Positions 8,901-16,171 of a stretch of DNA of 25,803 nucleotides are shown here, piece after piece. The notes beneath the pieces were generated by a model that saw only the letters and a list, made by a program, of their open reading frames with translations, did no database searches and was not told where the DNA came from. This DNA comes from a virus (Duplodnaviria > Caudoviricetes): IMG/VR virus record IMGVR_UViG_3300020404_001222, positions 1-25,803 of that record, one strand, 5' to 3'. The translations under genes were made by a program, and so were the position numbers. Each line of letters begins with the position of its first letter. The first letter of the stretch is position 1.

Positions 8901-11668
8901 GTATGTGTAATTCCATTAGTATCAGTATTTGAGTATCTGAACTCTTTCTCATTAATTACATCATTAACTAAGAATGTTCCATTATATCCTTTGTCATCAA
9001 GACCTAATGAGTTTGTTGAACTCTTTACGTTTCTAACAATTACTTGATCACCTGCATTAACATTATGAGGTTTATCTGAACGGACTCTAACTAAATTATT
9101 TGTGCTATCAAAACTTGCCTGTGATATGAATCTAGTATTACGGTCAAATCCATAGTCATTAGCCGTGATACTTGTCTTAGTGAAATCAGAATTAGCTAAA
9201 ACATTTGTAGAACTTGAGTCTTGAATAACAAATCCATCTGTTGGATCTTTACCATTGATAAGTTCTTTTGGAACAACATATCTTATCTTATAAATTTTCT
9301 CATCTAAACTACGGTCATCGTCCTTTCTTAGAATATATGTTAAGTCATCATCGGAAAGAGAACCAAGATTTGATTGAATTGTGTTTCCTGTCGCACTTGT
9401 ATGAACAAACCACTGTCCAGCAGATGAATCAAATTGAATAGGATGTCCAGCATCATTTGGTTTCTTATCAGATACTCTACTAATAATACGGAACTTATCT
9501 GTTACACTTGCAACTGTCTTCACAAATACGGGAACTGCTAAGTCTGCGTTTGTTTTAGATGATGCAATTCGTATTTGTGTTGCACCTAATGCTGAGTCTT
9601 GAGTACTTGTTATTGCAAAGTAAACTCTATTTGGGTCAAGATTCTCAGGTAAGTCACCATTATTTGCAACAATTCTGATTGATTCACCGTTTGCTAATTC
9701 ATGTCCTGCACCTATTGTGAATACTGATTGAACAGATGCACTTGCATCAGAATGAATTGCTTCGTAATTCTTCTCCCCTACATTTGATGTTCCAGTCGCA
9801 CCATTAGGCATTACAATAGATGCTTGGAATGTGCTTCCACCCTTGTCGATGTATAGTTTATCATCAGACCTAGCACCAATACGGAAACCTTGTGCTATGT
9901 GTGATGGTGGTAATGTAAGTGTATTTTGTGCAAATAAGAATAACTTAGTTGTAGTGGTTTCTGATACGTCAATCTGTAAATACTCAATTTGCTTATCATC
10001 AGTAACAACAGAACGTGGATTTATAATTGAAGTTATAAAACCTTTATTATCTTTTGCAAATGGTTCTTTCTTAAATCCTTCAGCAACTAATGAGAATGAA
10101 CCAAAGTTAGAGTTTGAGTTAGTGATAGATGCGTCAGCACCGTTTATCATCTCAAAGTGTGCGTGGAAACCAATCGCAAACACTGATACAACCTGAACAA
10201 TCGCATCGTTTGATGCTTTGATGTGAGTTGTTCTAAATTCTTTCCTATAATTAGCTTCCTGATCTAAGTGGAATACTGTATTTGGGTTTGTTGATGATGA
10301 TTCGGAAGATAGTAATGCACCTGTTTGTTTAGAGAAAGCGATACCACTATATCTTCTATTTGTTTTATCATACTTAACAAATGCTCTATCATCTTTTTGT
10401 AGTGAGATAGCTGTAAACTGGGCAGTCACCATTGACCTGAAACCAGTTGCCTTTGCACCATCAGCATGAAGACCCTGCATACCAAATACTGAACGCATTG
10501 ATACGTTAAAGATATATGGTGATGCTCCTGATACTGTATCAGTTTCAACTAATACCTGACCATTTGCTGAACTTAAACCACCAGCAGAACCTGCTGGTAA
10601 ATTTGGACGAACAAAGGGTAATGAATATTGGAATTTAGTTGAACTTATTACGTTTGATACTTTTGTTGAAATATTATAATCTGCTACGTTTATACCACGA
10701 ATCTTAATTGGAGTGCCACCTGTAAGATTATGTGCTATCGAAGTTGTAACTGTAACAACTTGACCTGGTGTTGCTCCATCACCTGATTCAATGTTAGAAA
10801 CAGAAAGTGGGTCAGTTGCAAACGCACCAACAATCTCAAACTCAGGTCTTTGTGGTGCAAAACCTAGTGGTGCTGCGGGATATTTCTGGTCTACCTCACG
10901 ATTTGATGCTCTGTTAAAAGCATTACTTAATTTACTATAGTAGATATCTAAATCAGTTAAGTCACTAAACTGTTCATTCTTAGTTACACCATCAGCATAC
11001 TCAAAACAAGTTAATTTATGGTGAGAGAATGTTGGTTTTGATTCATTATTAGAACTAAAATCTGAAGGGTCAGTATATACAAGTCCAGCATCATCACCAT
11101 CAAAGAATGTAAACTGCCAGAAATAACAAGCACCAGTGATTCTAAGTATTGATGATTGTTTTACGTTAGAGTCTGTAGGATTTGGAACATATAATGGTCT
11201 TAATTTTGTCTTTCTTAAATCTAGTCCAACGATTGATGTTCCTCTTGGAACTATAACACCACCGTTAACACTATTAAATTTGTAAAGTATATTGTCTTCT
11301 TGTGTAAGGTCAAAGTTAGAATTGAGGGTGAGTGTTAAAGTATTTTGTGCTCCTGTTGCTGCTCCACTTGGACTAACTGCTTTTGCTACACCACCTTCAT
11401 CTCTAATACCAAAACCAGGTCTATTATCAATAATATGATTACCTGGAAATAGTAGAACAGTTGTTCTCTCTACTAAATCATTATCATTTCCTCGCAAATA
11501 AGAGAACCTTGCAGCCTCTATCAATGCTCTCTGAAGTGTCTTGAAGGGTTTGGTTAATGAATTACCTTGATTTTCAATTCCATCGGTTGAATCAAGATCA
11601 TTTGGATTAACATAAAGAATACGACCCTCAGTATTCTTTATGAAATTCTCTAACTTATTAAGAGGCAT
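5927..11668 (-). CDS. Large tail fibre/tailspike with N-terminal beta-helix-like region and C-terminal peptidase S74 intramolecular chaperone
   Basis: N-terminal LYVNP...GNSLTKPFKTLQRAL (pectin-lyase-like beta-helix cap motif). Several H(G/N)L..G repeats. C-terminal SDVTLKKDI...GILAQEVE...VRYDRLIPVLIEAVKEL is the S74 signature (about 5927-6223). Confidence 0.88.
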   Translation of the reverse strand: MPLNKLENFIKNTEGRILYVNPNDLDSTDGIENQGNSLTKPFKTLQRALIEAARFSYLRGNDNDLVERTTVLLFPGNHIIDNRPGFGIRDEGGVAKAVSPSGAATGAQNTLTLTLNSNFDLTQEDNILYKFNSVNGGVIVPRGTSIVGLDLRKTKLRPLYVPNPTDSNVKQSSILRITGACYFWQFTFFDGDDAGLVYTDPSDFSSNNESKPTFSHHKLTCFEYADGVTKNEQFSDLTDLDIYYSKLSNAFNRASNREVDQKYPAAPLGFAPQRPEFEIVGAFATDPLSVSNIESGDGATPGQVVTVTTSIAHNLTGGTPIKIRGINVADYNISTKVSNVISSTKFQYSLPFVRPNLPAGSAGGLSSANGQVLVETDTVSGASPYIFNVSMRSVFGMQGLHADGAKATGFRSMVTAQFTAISLQKDDRAFVKYDKTNRRYSGIAFSKQTGALLSSESSSTNPNTVFHLDQEANYRKEFRTTHIKASNDAIVQVVSVFAIGFHAHFEMINGADASITNSNSNFGSFSLVAEGFKKEPFAKDNKGFITSIINPRSVVTDDKQIEYLQIDVSETTTTKLFLFAQNTLTLPPSHIAQGFRIGARSDDKLYIDKGGSTFQASIVMPNGATGTSNVGEKNYEAIHSDASASVQSVFTIGAGHELANGESIRIVANNGDLPENLDPNRVYFAITSTQDSALGATQIRIASSKTNADLAVPVFVKTVASVTDKFRIISRVSDKKPNDAGHPIQFDSSAGQWFVHTSATGNTIQSNLGSLSDDDLTYILRKDDDRSLDEKIYKIRYVVPKELINGKDPTDGFVIQDSSSTNVLANSDFTKTSITANDYGFDRNTRFISQASFDSTNNLVRVRSDKPHNVNAGDQVIVRNVKSSTNSLGLDDKGYNGTFLVNDVINEKEFRYSNTDTNGITHTTGTFTNSTQTRSTELPRFDRNDNKGNFFVYRTEVISSYIEGVQDGVYHLFVLNGNNAMDEPSNEFVENKYNQNIVNLFPEYDRDNVDANPSEAVSYAKRFPIGDVVTNDLKKSITRETTNKFLKNFDGSIGITSVTNNSTNAVINLDEEHGLSALKFHSSLTGGSGHTNGTYFNVKLFNSNAAPASAVWDGATADVTVSGNSVTAVTVKEGGSGYTNGETLFFDSSSVATGGIGGSPSASITIATAGISSVTGNYIQVTGITTGTDSYHRISSIGSTKQITVSKTAGETLLDGQQIHDMGPWVAVGSATTSSTTTTFTTPVDHGLAIGNKFRITNSSDLSLGDFIVTSVVGVTTFSAVTSSALTDAKYILKHGLSDNEAISGSDGENLDVRGYNIFDHETLVLNEAVGTGDSAFKVTLPDGTTNATSITSRFPLGSYIQIGSEIMRIASNSLSGSGGDEVSVIRGSLGTITNSHLKNTRIRKVKPLPIELRRPSIVRASGHTFEYVGFGPGNYSTALPQLQNRTLSEREEFLNQAQETSCGNVVYTGMNDQGDFYIGNTKIESASGTQKTFDIPTSTVTGEDPNRLSGVFDEVVVKERLLVEGGSSKQILSQFDGPVTFNSDVRLSDDTKTFTSEAKINGQDARFRNTTNSTAVTNGSVVIDGGVGIGKSVVIGGDIIGTGGFDGQSNISGITSVTATSFFGDGSGLTGTGAALGASSGTQRIVLTGQTSGTMTSVATDSGLTYNAATDTLSITKIDVASGIEGNAGTATTATNVSGAANRVLFNNATDTTTTSANLTFDGTLLTASTLRAGNLRFGVATGTTIDTTSGDLVLDSSNNKVHITANAEIDGSLTIDSTTNSSSKDTGALILTAGGLGVEGNIHSGGDIVAFSASDVTLKKDITPIDNALDMINKISGNTFTWNVGLTDLAPYDNGTKDTGILAQEVEALGLPGVTTTRGDGVKAVRYDRLIPVLIEAVKELTAKVNTLENK

Positions 11669-11718
11669 CTTTTTTATCTACTATAAAATTTGATGGCAAG
11701 ACCATACAATACTAGGTC

Positions 11719-11724
11719 TATTTA
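11719..11724 (-). promoter_or_regulatory. T4-type late promoter (CTAAATA) for the 1913-aa fibre
   Basis: Intergenic TAAATA on the minus strand, 50 nt upstream of the ATG at 11668. A second ATAAATA lies at 11751-11757. Confidence 0.65.
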
Positions 11725-11749
11725 GCTTAGCTGTCGTCCCATTAAATGA

Positions 11750-11944
11750 TTATTTATCTTTTTGAGTGACCAAATCCTTGTATAATATTTGATCTGCTGG
11801 TAGTAATTGATCACATACCTTCAGCACTCTCATAAACTCGTCTGGTGTATCACATTTAATTATTCTTCTATCTCCTTGTTCACTAATCAGAGAAAATGTG
11901 CGAGAGCAAAAGTCTACTTCGACATTAAGAACGAAATCTTCCAT
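11750..11944 (-). CDS. Small cyanophage hypothetical protein (64 aa)
   Basis: Fills the intergenic gap in operon orientation, has plausible globular composition, and is preceded by a sigma70-like promoter. Confidence 0.75.
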   Translation of the reverse strand: MEDFVLNVEVDFCSRTFSLISEQGDRRIIKCDTPDEFMRVLKVCDQLLPADQILYKDLVTQKDK

Positions 11945-11964
11945 GTTCCGTATATGAATAACCT

Positions 11965-11992
11965 ATTATAGCATATCTATAACAATCGTCAA
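11965..11992 (-). promoter_or_regulatory. sigma70-type (early) promoter for the 64-aa gene
   Basis: Minus strand TTGACG (11992-11987), 16 bp spacer, TATAAT (11970-11965), with an extended -10 TGn. Confidence 0.75.
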
Positions 11993-12853
11993 TTAGGTTT
12001 TCATAATATAACATAAAGCAAAATATGGTGGTCTATTTTCATGTGCTTGACTACCACCATTATTACTCATAGAAAATACGTCAGCAGGATATCCACCTGC
12101 ACCACCAAATCCGATACTTGTTGAACCACCACCTGGAAAATACTTTTTACCATCAAAACTTGTTGGGTGATTATGAGTTGGCATTTGATTTACTGTAAGA
12201 GTAACACTCTCTGCACCACCTGTATCATTGACATCATAATCACCATTACTTGGATGATGACCAACTACAAATCTACCTCGTAAATCAGGAGTGCTATTAT
12301 TTCCATCACATAGCACAAAACCTGATGGTATTGCATTTGCAGCACCTGACCATATAATAATCATACCTGAGACAAATGCCTCTACTCCAGTTAATTGAGA
12401 TCCATCACCACGAAATGATTGAGCAGTAACAATGCCAACAGCGGAAATACCAGCACCCACATGGATATCATTTCTAGCAGTGACTATTCCGATTGCGTCA
12501 ACACTTGTTACATCTTCATATGATAATACACCACCAATCTCTACATTTCCTGTGAACGTTGCTGAAGTTCCTACTATACCTCCTGTGAAAGTTGCAGAAG
12601 TTCCTACTATACGATCATTAAAAGTTGTTATTCCAAGAACGTTTAATGTTTCTTTTATTTCAACATTATTATGAAATGTCGAGTCTCCATTACCTTTAAT
12701 ACTTAATCTAATTCCACCACCTATATCAAAATCTAATTTAGGACCAATAATACTCTCAGTATAGAGATCACCATATACATAAACATTACCGTTAAATTCA
12801 GTTCGATTATCAATGACATTAACATCAGAGTCATCAATACTTGGATATGCCAT
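11993..12853 (-). CDS. Short tail fibre with phage tail-collar domain
   Basis: GMIIIWSG...IPSGFVLCDG...TPDLRGRFVVG...GGAESVTLTVNQMPTHNH...HENRPPYFALCYIMK is the collar plus C-terminal (gp12/MdpB-like) pattern. Confidence 0.85.
   Translation of the reverse strand: MAYPSIDDSDVNVIDNRTEFNGNVYVYGDLYTESIIGPKLDFDIGGGIRLSIKGNGDSTFHNNVEIKETLNVLGITTFNDRIVGTSATFTGGIVGTSATFTGNVEIGGVLSYEDVTSVDAIGIVTARNDIHVGAGISAVGIVTAQSFRGDGSQLTGVEAFVSGMIIIWSGAANAIPSGFVLCDGNNSTPDLRGRFVVGHHPSNGDYDVNDTGGAESVTLTVNQMPTHNHPTSFDGKKYFPGGGSTSIGFGGAGGYPADVFSMSNNGGSQAHENRPPYFALCYIMKT
12548..12612. repeat. In-frame tandem duplication with 33-bp period
   Basis: tcctgtgaacgttgctgaagttcctactatac (12548-12579) versus tcctgtgaaagttgcagaagttcctactatac (12581-12612), 30/32 identical. 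Encodes IVGTSATFTG twice. Confidence 0.9.
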
Positions 12854-13515
12854 TAACCAAATCCTCCAAAGTTTGATAAAGCATTTGATAAATTACTTTC
12901 AATCGCATCTGTATCAATATTACCTGCTATGTCTGCTAATCCAGCAGTTTGCTCTTTTAATTGATCTGCAATATTATCAAACGCACCACCTGTAAACGCA
13001 GAGTTTAACTGATCTATACCAACCTTTTGACCACGAAAACATAAACCACCAAATGTTACATCTCTTGGTGCAAGATTACCACAGAGTGCATTTGTAGCTA
13101 ATTCATTACAATCAAAGAATATTGAATTTGCCTTAAGAGTCATATTATCTCCAGTTTTTATAGTCATATTGTCATCTGAATCAATGGTGATATTGTTTCC
13201 TTTAATTTTTATCTTACCAGTTTTATCTGCTGTTATACAAACATCACCTTCTTTACCAACAATATTAATACAAGCACCCTCTCCTTCTTTTTTTGCACCA
13301 CCAATTATTGAAATACACTCATCATTCAATATATTATATTGTCCACCCTCAGACATTATTAGACTACTTGTTAATCCCTGATCATTCTCTGCATATAAAG
13401 CATATGTTGTGGCACCATCATTTCCTAATTCAGGATTACCAGTATCAATCCTTAATTTACCAAAGGATTCATATTGTCTGCCTTGCCAATTTTGTAGGGT
13501 TGGATTATCTGACAT
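12853..13515 (-). CDS. Putative baseplate central spike protein (gp5 C-terminal beta-helix-like)
   Basis: Directly follows gp5. Shows 7-8 residue beta-strand periodicity (GDVCITAD, GKIKIKG, NNITIDSD, DNMTIKTG, DNMTLKAN). Confidence 0.55.
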   Translation of the reverse strand: MSDNPTLQNWQGRQYESFGKLRIDTGNPELGNDGATTYALYAENDQGLTSSLIMSEGGQYNILNDECISIIGGAKKEGEGACINIVGKEGDVCITADKTGKIKIKGNNITIDSDDNMTIKTGDNMTLKANSIFFDCNELATNALCGNLAPRDVTFGGLCFRGQKVGIDQLNSAFTGGAFDNIADQLKEQTAGLADIAGNIDTDAIESNLSNALSNFGGFG

Positions 13516-13534
13516 TTAATTAAAATTTTGTAAA

Positions 13535-13540
13535 TATTTA
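13535..13540 (-). promoter_or_regulatory. T4-type late promoter (CTAAATA) for the spike/collar-fibre genes
   Basis: TAAATA overlapping the gp5 stop, 19 nt upstream of the ATG at 13515, within the palindrome TAAATATTTA (13531-13540). Confidence 0.6.
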
Positions 13541-16171
13541 GTATCCATATCCACCTCCTCCACTGCTAGGTGGTGGTGAACTAGGAGGTGGTGTTGATGA
13601 ACCTCCACTATCATCAGATGAACTAGAAGTTGATGGAGGTGTTGGAGTAGTGTCTTGATATGTAACATTTCCATCACCACCTGTTGTATCAACCATTGGT
13701 GTGGTTTCTGTTGTTGAGGAAGGAGTTGCAGGAGGTGTGTAAGTAGTTGAACCTTGAGACGCAACTGTTTGTATTTGCGTTGATCCAGTTGTGATAGATG
13801 CATTCCTACCTCTACTTTCAGCAGGAGTATCATAAATGATTGCGTGTGCTGAAGTTGTATGAGCCACACCAACCATCTTAACACCTCTAGTCGGATGAAC
13901 ATGGAAAGGTCCATAATATGGTTCGCCATTCACAAAACCAACAATACCATCACGAGGAGTAATACAATCAATATTTTGTTTAATTTCACCTTGATATGCA
14001 GGTCTTGGTGCAATCTGGGGTTTGATTAAAGCTCCTACTCCAGTATCAGATTCTATTTCTAAAACTGGTATTCCACTTACTGCTATAACATTCTGAGTTT
14101 GTGGATTTGGAGGTATTACATTTAGAATTCTACCTTGATCATCTAAGAATTTAGTATACTCATTACCCTCATTATCAGTGATTACATCCTCTTCTTTATA
14201 ACCTGAACCAGGATTAACTACGACAACGTGATCCACTGTGAATGTTTCATCAATATTCTCTTCAATCACAGGGTAATTTTCGCCAGGTGATACAATGTAA
14301 ATATCAGTCACTTGTTGATATGTTGGTGATTGTGGATCATAATCAATCACTGCTTTAGCAACTGCACCATATCCCCTATTACAAGTATCAGTCACCTCAA
14401 CTAATGGAGGCACAGTATAACCATTACCAGGATTTGCTAATTGAACACCGATAAGACTTCCTGTTTGTTCAACAAATGCATCAGGAACTAACGCACCAAT
14501 TATTGGTCTTGCATCGACACCACCACCATCTGCACCAAAAACATTAATCTTAACACCCTTACAATTAAGTGGTGGTCCTGTGTAGCACTCACCTAATGCA
14601 CTACTAAAACCTTGTGTGCTTACATTTGGATTTAAGAAATCAAATGCTCCAATGTCTGCAGCAATACTTCCTAAAACACCTAGAGGTGCACCTGCTGCTT
14701 CTTGTATTTCTTGAGCAACATTTGCTACTTCCATAATAGTTTCAGCAGCAACACCCACTACATTTGACGCACCCTTTCCAATTTGCCAGAAGTTTGATTC
14801 AGTAGCAACTTTTTGTGGGGTAATACATTTGAGTGCTTCACTTATACCTAACAATCCTTCTGCTTGACTTCTTATATCGTCTAGTGGATTGAATCCACCT
14901 AATACTTTACTTGCTCCACTTAAAGCTGGTCCTAAACCACTTCCAAGACCACCAAGTATCTTGTTAAAGATTGCACCCGTCATTTGATCACCAATACACT
15001 CTGTAAATTCTTCCACATTATCTAACATTGGTGTCAATAGATCAGATATCGATCCAAATAGACTATCACTTACTGCTTGTGTGACACAAGGTAATTGTTC
15101 CTGTAAATTTTTTATTGCTGGAATCATCGCTGCTTGTGCAGCAGTCCCTGCTTTTTTAGCGATGCTGGTACTCTTTGTCGCTGCTAAAGTTGCTGTAAAT
15201 ACATTACTATAGATATCACCCAGATTACCATTAATTATTGGAGCCATTCTCTTAAATGATTTATTAGTCATCTGACTAACAAGACCCTTTGACACGGTAC
15301 TTACTTTTTTTGTCAGGTCTGATTTTAATTTAAATTTCTGTTGGGGAGTTGCACTCTTAAAAGATGCGATAGTATTCTTCAGGTCATTTTTTATCTGTTC
15401 AGTCTCTGAAGATCCAGCAAATGAAACCATTTGACCAATCACAGGAGAAACACTAGCCTCTAAAGCACTTGTATCAAAGTTACTCAATCCTTCTGTTAAA
15501 CCCGCACTCGCTGCTTCTATACCTGATGCAAAATCTACAGAATTTAAATTCTCTGTTAATGTTCCAGCAGCTGCAGGTGGTATCAATCCACCTAATCCAG
15601 ATAGTAATGATGGTGCTTGATTTGCTACTGCTTCTGCTTTCTCATTAAGTGTTTTAATTAAATCCTCTGGAAGAACTCTGGGTGATTTTTGATTCTTCTT
15701 TCCAGACTGACCACCATCCTCATTTTTGTTTATAATTTTACCAGGTTTTACTTTACTAGTATATCCTGTAAAAGGTTCAAATGGATTTTTATATTTTCCT
15801 CCACCACCAAATCGAGCACCTGTTGCAGCAAAAAGACCTAATATAACTGGTAATTGTGCATCGTCACCATCAAGAAAAAATCCAAGAACAGTATCACCAG
15901 GTGATATACGCATTGATTTAGAACGACCACCTTTTCCTGAACCACCTTGAGCATTTAATAATACTTGAGCCCAAGGTAAATCTTCATTTGGCAATTCAGT
16001 TTCATCTGCTGGATGATAACCATAGATACGAACCTTAACTCTCGCACCCCACGCTTTACCGACTTGATTTATTTGATTTCCCTGTGCCTTTTCAGGTGCA
16101 ACCTGACCGATCCACCAACGGAATCCATCTTTACCTAAGAAATTAGTTTTGAGTAAATTATTTTCTATCAT
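13538..16171 (-). CDS. gp5: Baseplate hub subunit gp5-like (Gp5 OB-fold N-terminus, no lysozyme domain evident)
   Basis: GKDGFRWWIGQV...RVKVRIYGYH...LPWAQV...GDTVLGFFLDGDDAQLPVILG is the Gp5_OB signature. Synteny agrees. Confidence 0.88.
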   Translation of the reverse strand: MIENNLLKTNFLGKDGFRWWIGQVAPEKAQGNQINQVGKAWGARVKVRIYGYHPADETELPNEDLPWAQVLLNAQGGSGKGGRSKSMRISPGDTVLGFFLDGDDAQLPVILGLFAATGARFGGGGKYKNPFEPFTGYTSKVKPGKIINKNEDGGQSGKKNQKSPRVLPEDLIKTLNEKAEAVANQAPSLLSGLGGLIPPAAAGTLTENLNSVDFASGIEAASAGLTEGLSNFDTSALEASVSPVIGQMVSFAGSSETEQIKNDLKNTIASFKSATPQQKFKLKSDLTKKVSTVSKGLVSQMTNKSFKRMAPIINGNLGDIYSNVFTATLAATKSTSIAKKAGTAAQAAMIPAIKNLQEQLPCVTQAVSDSLFGSISDLLTPMLDNVEEFTECIGDQMTGAIFNKILGGLGSGLGPALSGASKVLGGFNPLDDIRSQAEGLLGISEALKCITPQKVATESNFWQIGKGASNVVGVAAETIMEVANVAQEIQEAAGAPLGVLGSIAADIGAFDFLNPNVSTQGFSSALGECYTGPPLNCKGVKINVFGADGGGVDARPIIGALVPDAFVEQTGSLIGVQLANPGNGYTVPPLVEVTDTCNRGYGAVAKAVIDYDPQSPTYQQVTDIYIVSPGENYPVIEENIDETFTVDHVVVVNPGSGYKEEDVITDNEGNEYTKFLDDQGRILNVIPPNPQTQNVIAVSGIPVLEIESDTGVGALIKPQIAPRPAYQGEIKQNIDCITPRDGIVGFVNGEPYYGPFHVHPTRGVKMVGVAHTTSAHAIIYDTPAESRGRNASITTGSTQIQTVASQGSTTYTPPATPSSTTETTPMVDTTGGDGNVTYQDTTPTPPSTSSSSDDSGGSSTPPPSSPPPSSGGGGYGY

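Noticed and set aside
3780-10196. Many 60-120 aa plus-strand or alternative-frame ORFs within the fibre genes
   Set aside because: Antisense or frame shadows produced by the codon bias of the real genes; no starts, SD motifs or domains.
11699-11719. Hairpin AGACC...GGTCT overlapping the late promoter, reminiscent of T4 early-transcript translation blocks
   Set aside because: The stem is only about 5 bp and lies 30 nt from the AUG, so it does not cover the ribosome-binding site.
3784-12853. Possible diversity-generating retroelement or invertase-type fibre switching
   Set aside because: No reverse transcriptase or recombinase, and no near-identical template/variable repeat pair or inversion sites seen in the window.
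13516-13929. 137-aa alternative-frame ORF overlapping the gp5 3' end
   Set aside because: Frame shadow of the S/T/P low-complexity tail; no slippery site or start context recognised.
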